A stretch of 64,000 nt of DNA from Squalus acanthias (taxonomy: Eukaryota). Made by a program: the position numbers and the translations under genes. Positions 60,793-64,000 of this stretch are shown here, one piece after another. The DNA lies in assembly GCA_030390025.1 (NCBI GenBank), contig CM059432.1, forward strand, positions 108,874,001 to 108,938,000. The letters are read 5' to 3'. Below the pieces are notes generated by a model. The model was not told where the DNA came from. It saw nothing but the letters and a program-made list of their open reading frames with translations, and searched no databases. Numbering within the stretch: position 1 is the stretch's first letter; every line of letters starts with the position of its first letter.

Positions 60793-62129
60793 CGATCCAT
60801 ATTATTTTCATGCAATGTACAAAGCTCGTGGCTCCAGACAGGAATCTTAAAAAAGCTAGACTCAACAGCCTGCCAAGTAGAGGAAAGTGCAAATCTGTGG
60901 TATGTCTGTTCCAGATCCCAGAATTCTCAATCAACAAATACTGACAGTATGTTGGTACAGAACTCTGCAGGATGTACTGTACTCATTTTCTCTGATTCCT
61001 CAATTCTTCCAGAAAAATCAAAAAAGACCAGGCACAAATGTATCCTGTTCACTAGTGACCTTGGGACTAATAGTTCTCAGATGTGCTCTCATGTTGGAGA
61101 ACTAAACAATTCTACCCCAAAAAGAAGCATTTTCTCATCGAGTTGTAGAGAGATCAGTGCTCAGATTTATCCAGTTTAAGGCAAATTGTTGTGGAACAGA
61201 CCATGATAAAAGCCCAAGGCTCAGTGGTAGCACTCTCTTCTCTGAGTCAGAAGGTATGGGTTCAAGCCTCATGCGAGGCTGAGGAACCAGAGGAACCACA
61301 TTTCCTTGGGATGCGAGCGATCCTGTCAGTTTTGTCAGGATAACGTCTGCCAGTGCCCTCCAGTGCTAACCCTGCCAGAGTTTGCAGGGCCAGTCAGATT
61401 TGCATGGAGTAGGTGGACACAAGCACCACTATGGGCACCTGCCTGCTCCAAACAGCTTGAACTCCAGCATCTGCCCACCTTTGGGGGTTTGCCATGGCTC
61501 GGACCCAAGCCGCCTTCTCCATTCTTGATACTTGTGTTTAATAATTCAGATCTTTCTTCGGGGGTTCCGTCCATCTCCCTGGCCTGGACCCCACTGGTGG
61601 GCTCACTTTCACCAAACTAGTGTTCGGTACGCATCAACTCAATCGATGTACTGGCCTCCAGAGATATCCCAGCTCCTGTCGGAACCAGGCCAGTGGGATC
61701 TGACAGCTTGGGAAGTCCCCGCACTTGGCGCCATCCCCTGACAATATTCGCTTTGCAAGGGCTGAGTAGATGTCTCACCTCTTAGCTGGAAACTCCCGGA
61801 AATGGCAGAGACCTAGCGCAACCGGATCCCTGCTGTTTGCCAGGGGATCCCCCCAGTCTCCCACCAGATTTACAACAGTCCCTACAATAATAAAAGGATT
61901 AGATTCAGTCCAAGTGGATAGGCTATTCGAGTTATATAGAATATGGAGGAACAGGGATCGTGAAAATAAGTTATGTTCGCATAGAACTAGGTTAGACGTC
62001 AGTGGGTAACATTTTTCACAGATTCGTCAACCTATGGAAGGAGTTGTCGGCACATGCAGTGAGTGTGGATTTGCTGCAAGCTTTCTAATGGGAGACGAAC
62101 AAGCTGCTGATTCTGGCCAACAGAACTCA

Positions 62130-62592
62130 AAGAAAGAATTTGCATTTATATATTGCCTTTCATGACCTCAGGATGTCCCAAAGTGCTTCACAGCCAATTA
62201 AGTACTTTCAAAATGCAGTCACTTGTAATGTAGGGAAAGGCGGTAGCCAGTTTGCACACAGCAAGGTCCCACAAACAGCAATGAAATAAATGACCAATTA
62301 AACTCTTTTAGTGGTGTTCGTTGAGGGATAGACGTTGGCCAAGACACCGGGGAGAATTTCCCTCCCCTTCTTCGAGTACTGCCATGTGATCTTTTATGTT
62401 CATCAGAGAGCAGACGTGGCCTCGGTTTAACGTCGTATCTGTAAGACAGCACCTCCGACAGTGCAGCACTCCCTCAGCACTGCACTGGAGTGTCAGCCTA
62501 GATTATGTTTTCAAATCTCTGGAGTGGGGCTTTAGCCCACAACCTTCTGACTCTGAGACAAAAGTGCCACCAATTGAGTCAAGGCTGACACC
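62130..62592 (-). mobile_element. Deu-domain tRNA SINE, near full length
   Basis: tRNA-like head, core gagggagtgctgcactgtcggaggtgc..cgttaaaccgaggcc..aaaagatcacatggc, L2-like tail. Confidence 0.78.
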
Positions 62593-63479
62593 GAACATAA
62601 GGGTGACAACTATGTATAGAAGGTAGGTTGGTATCGAGGGATATGCCTCCCAGTCGCTGTAGTCTCCTGGAACTTGCTTGATTACCTTCAGGAGTTAGAG
62701 AGAAATTGCCCAGATTTTTTCCGAAATTGATCTCAGGTTTTTTACACCTCTCCTGAGAGATTGAGTAATTGGTGGGAACGGATGGTGGTCATGGTATGCT
62801 GAAGTTACAACATGGTAGTATGGAACAGCCTCGAGTGACCAGCTAGTTTTTCCTGTCCTTTGTTTTCATATGTTCATACGATCAGTGGATCCCCAGCAGA
62901 ATTATGGCCCCATAACAGCAAGAAGTTGATTGAAGCAAGGCTCAGGTGTTTATCAAATATGTGTTTGTTTTTTAGGTGCACTGCATCTGGTTCTTTTTAG
63001 GTCAATTTTCTTAACTGCAGATTTTAGTAAGTGTAAAATTGTATCTCCATTAATGTAGTAAATTCAAGCAGTCAAGTGGGTGATTCATGTTAAGATCACA
63101 TTGCATTTTAGAACCACATTTTGCTGGAAAATTGAAGTTGATCTCAAGAGGACTCTATCCTGGAGAAAAAGGAAAAGCATAAATACTGGAGGCATTTCAG
63201 TTTTGGCAGTTTTGTTACCGATTTGTGACAGAACATGGGGAAAAAAATCATTCAGGCAGTCTTTTTCATTTCAAGCATGTATCAAATCAGCAAGAATATT
63301 TAGTCAAACCTGTAGGAAAATCATGATTTCTTTTAAAAGTCTCTTCTGCTCTTCAGTTATTGTAGTGCGCATGCAGAATGAAACATGTTTTTTGCCAATC
63401 CTATCTACCAACACAGGAATGCATTGTGAACTGGCATGCACTGAAATAACAACACGGTGAATATGTAAGTAAAAATGAT

Positions 63480-63566
63480 GGGGGTAATTTTGACTTCGAG
63501 AGAGATGTATAATGGGCGGCTGATCCAACATCACCAATACTGTCACAAAAAGTCAAAATTACCCCC
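63480..63566. mobile_element. 87-bp Harbinger-type MITE
   Basis: Perfect 17-bp TIR GGGGGTAATTTTGACTT. Confidence 0.7.
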
Positions 63567-63871
63567 ATTGAGTTTTTGATTTTATAAATGTTAATCAGGT
63601 GCCTGAGTAGCTCAAGAGTTGAGCCCTTGACTCCCAAGTAGAAGATCATGGAGGGGTAGATCTTAACTTTGTGCGATAGTGTAAAACAAGTGATAGTGAA
63701 TCGGCAGTCTGTTTTACATCTCTCGCAATTTTTATTTTCATTGACTTCTTGGAATTTAGATGCCAAACCTTCCTGCCACTTTAGCTTACGTGCCTCAGTT
63801 TCTGGAGTTGTCAACCAAATGGTACCAAATTTTTTTTCTGGCAGGAAGATGGGAGACTAATACTAGTCATA

Positions 63872-64000
63872 GGGGTAAAAATTCAGTTGGTTGCGCCTCC
63901 CGTTAGCGCCTTAAGCGGGCGCTAATGGGGCGCAAAGCCGCTAACGCCCGGGCGCAGCGATGTTTGCGCCGCTCGAGAACTTAACTTGAGATTGTGCGGC
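63872..64000. mobile_element. Start of a GC-rich Harbinger-type MITE (runs off the window)
   Basis: GGGGTAAAAATT TIR then tgcgcctcccgttagcgcc as at 30270. Confidence 0.65.

Noticed and set aside
61213..61272. tRNA gene
   Set aside because: Isolated SINE head like those at 27668 and 62590; no full cloverleaf

Overview
Repeat-dense vertebrate genomic DNA, most likely from a cartilaginous fish (shark-type CR1 LINEs, Deu-domain SINEs, Neptune-type Penelope-like elements). The only host-gene exon I can support is a 194-bp glutamine-rich internal coding exon (58945-59138, + strand) matching POU6F2, so the window appears to be almost entirely POU6F2 intron. The intron holds nested CR1 LINEs, two families of Penelope-like elements (PLE-A, PLE-B), many Harbinger-type MITEs and an internally deleted Harbinger, a Tx1-like fragment, SINEs, and a 4.4-kb Ty3/Gypsy element with apparently identical LTRs. 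Highlights: (1) four fold-back PLE insertions share one architecture (TSD, inverted tail-less copy, direct copy, ~30-36-nt tail, TSD). (2) PLE termini carry minimal hammerhead ribozymes. (3) The PLE tail pairs with an upstream 9-mer, with a compensatory base change between subfamilies. (4) The Gypsy element has no tRNA primer site but has an 11-nt PBS complementary to its own LTR, suggesting self-priming. Family names come from recalled motifs, not database searches, and boundaries of degraded repeats are approximate.
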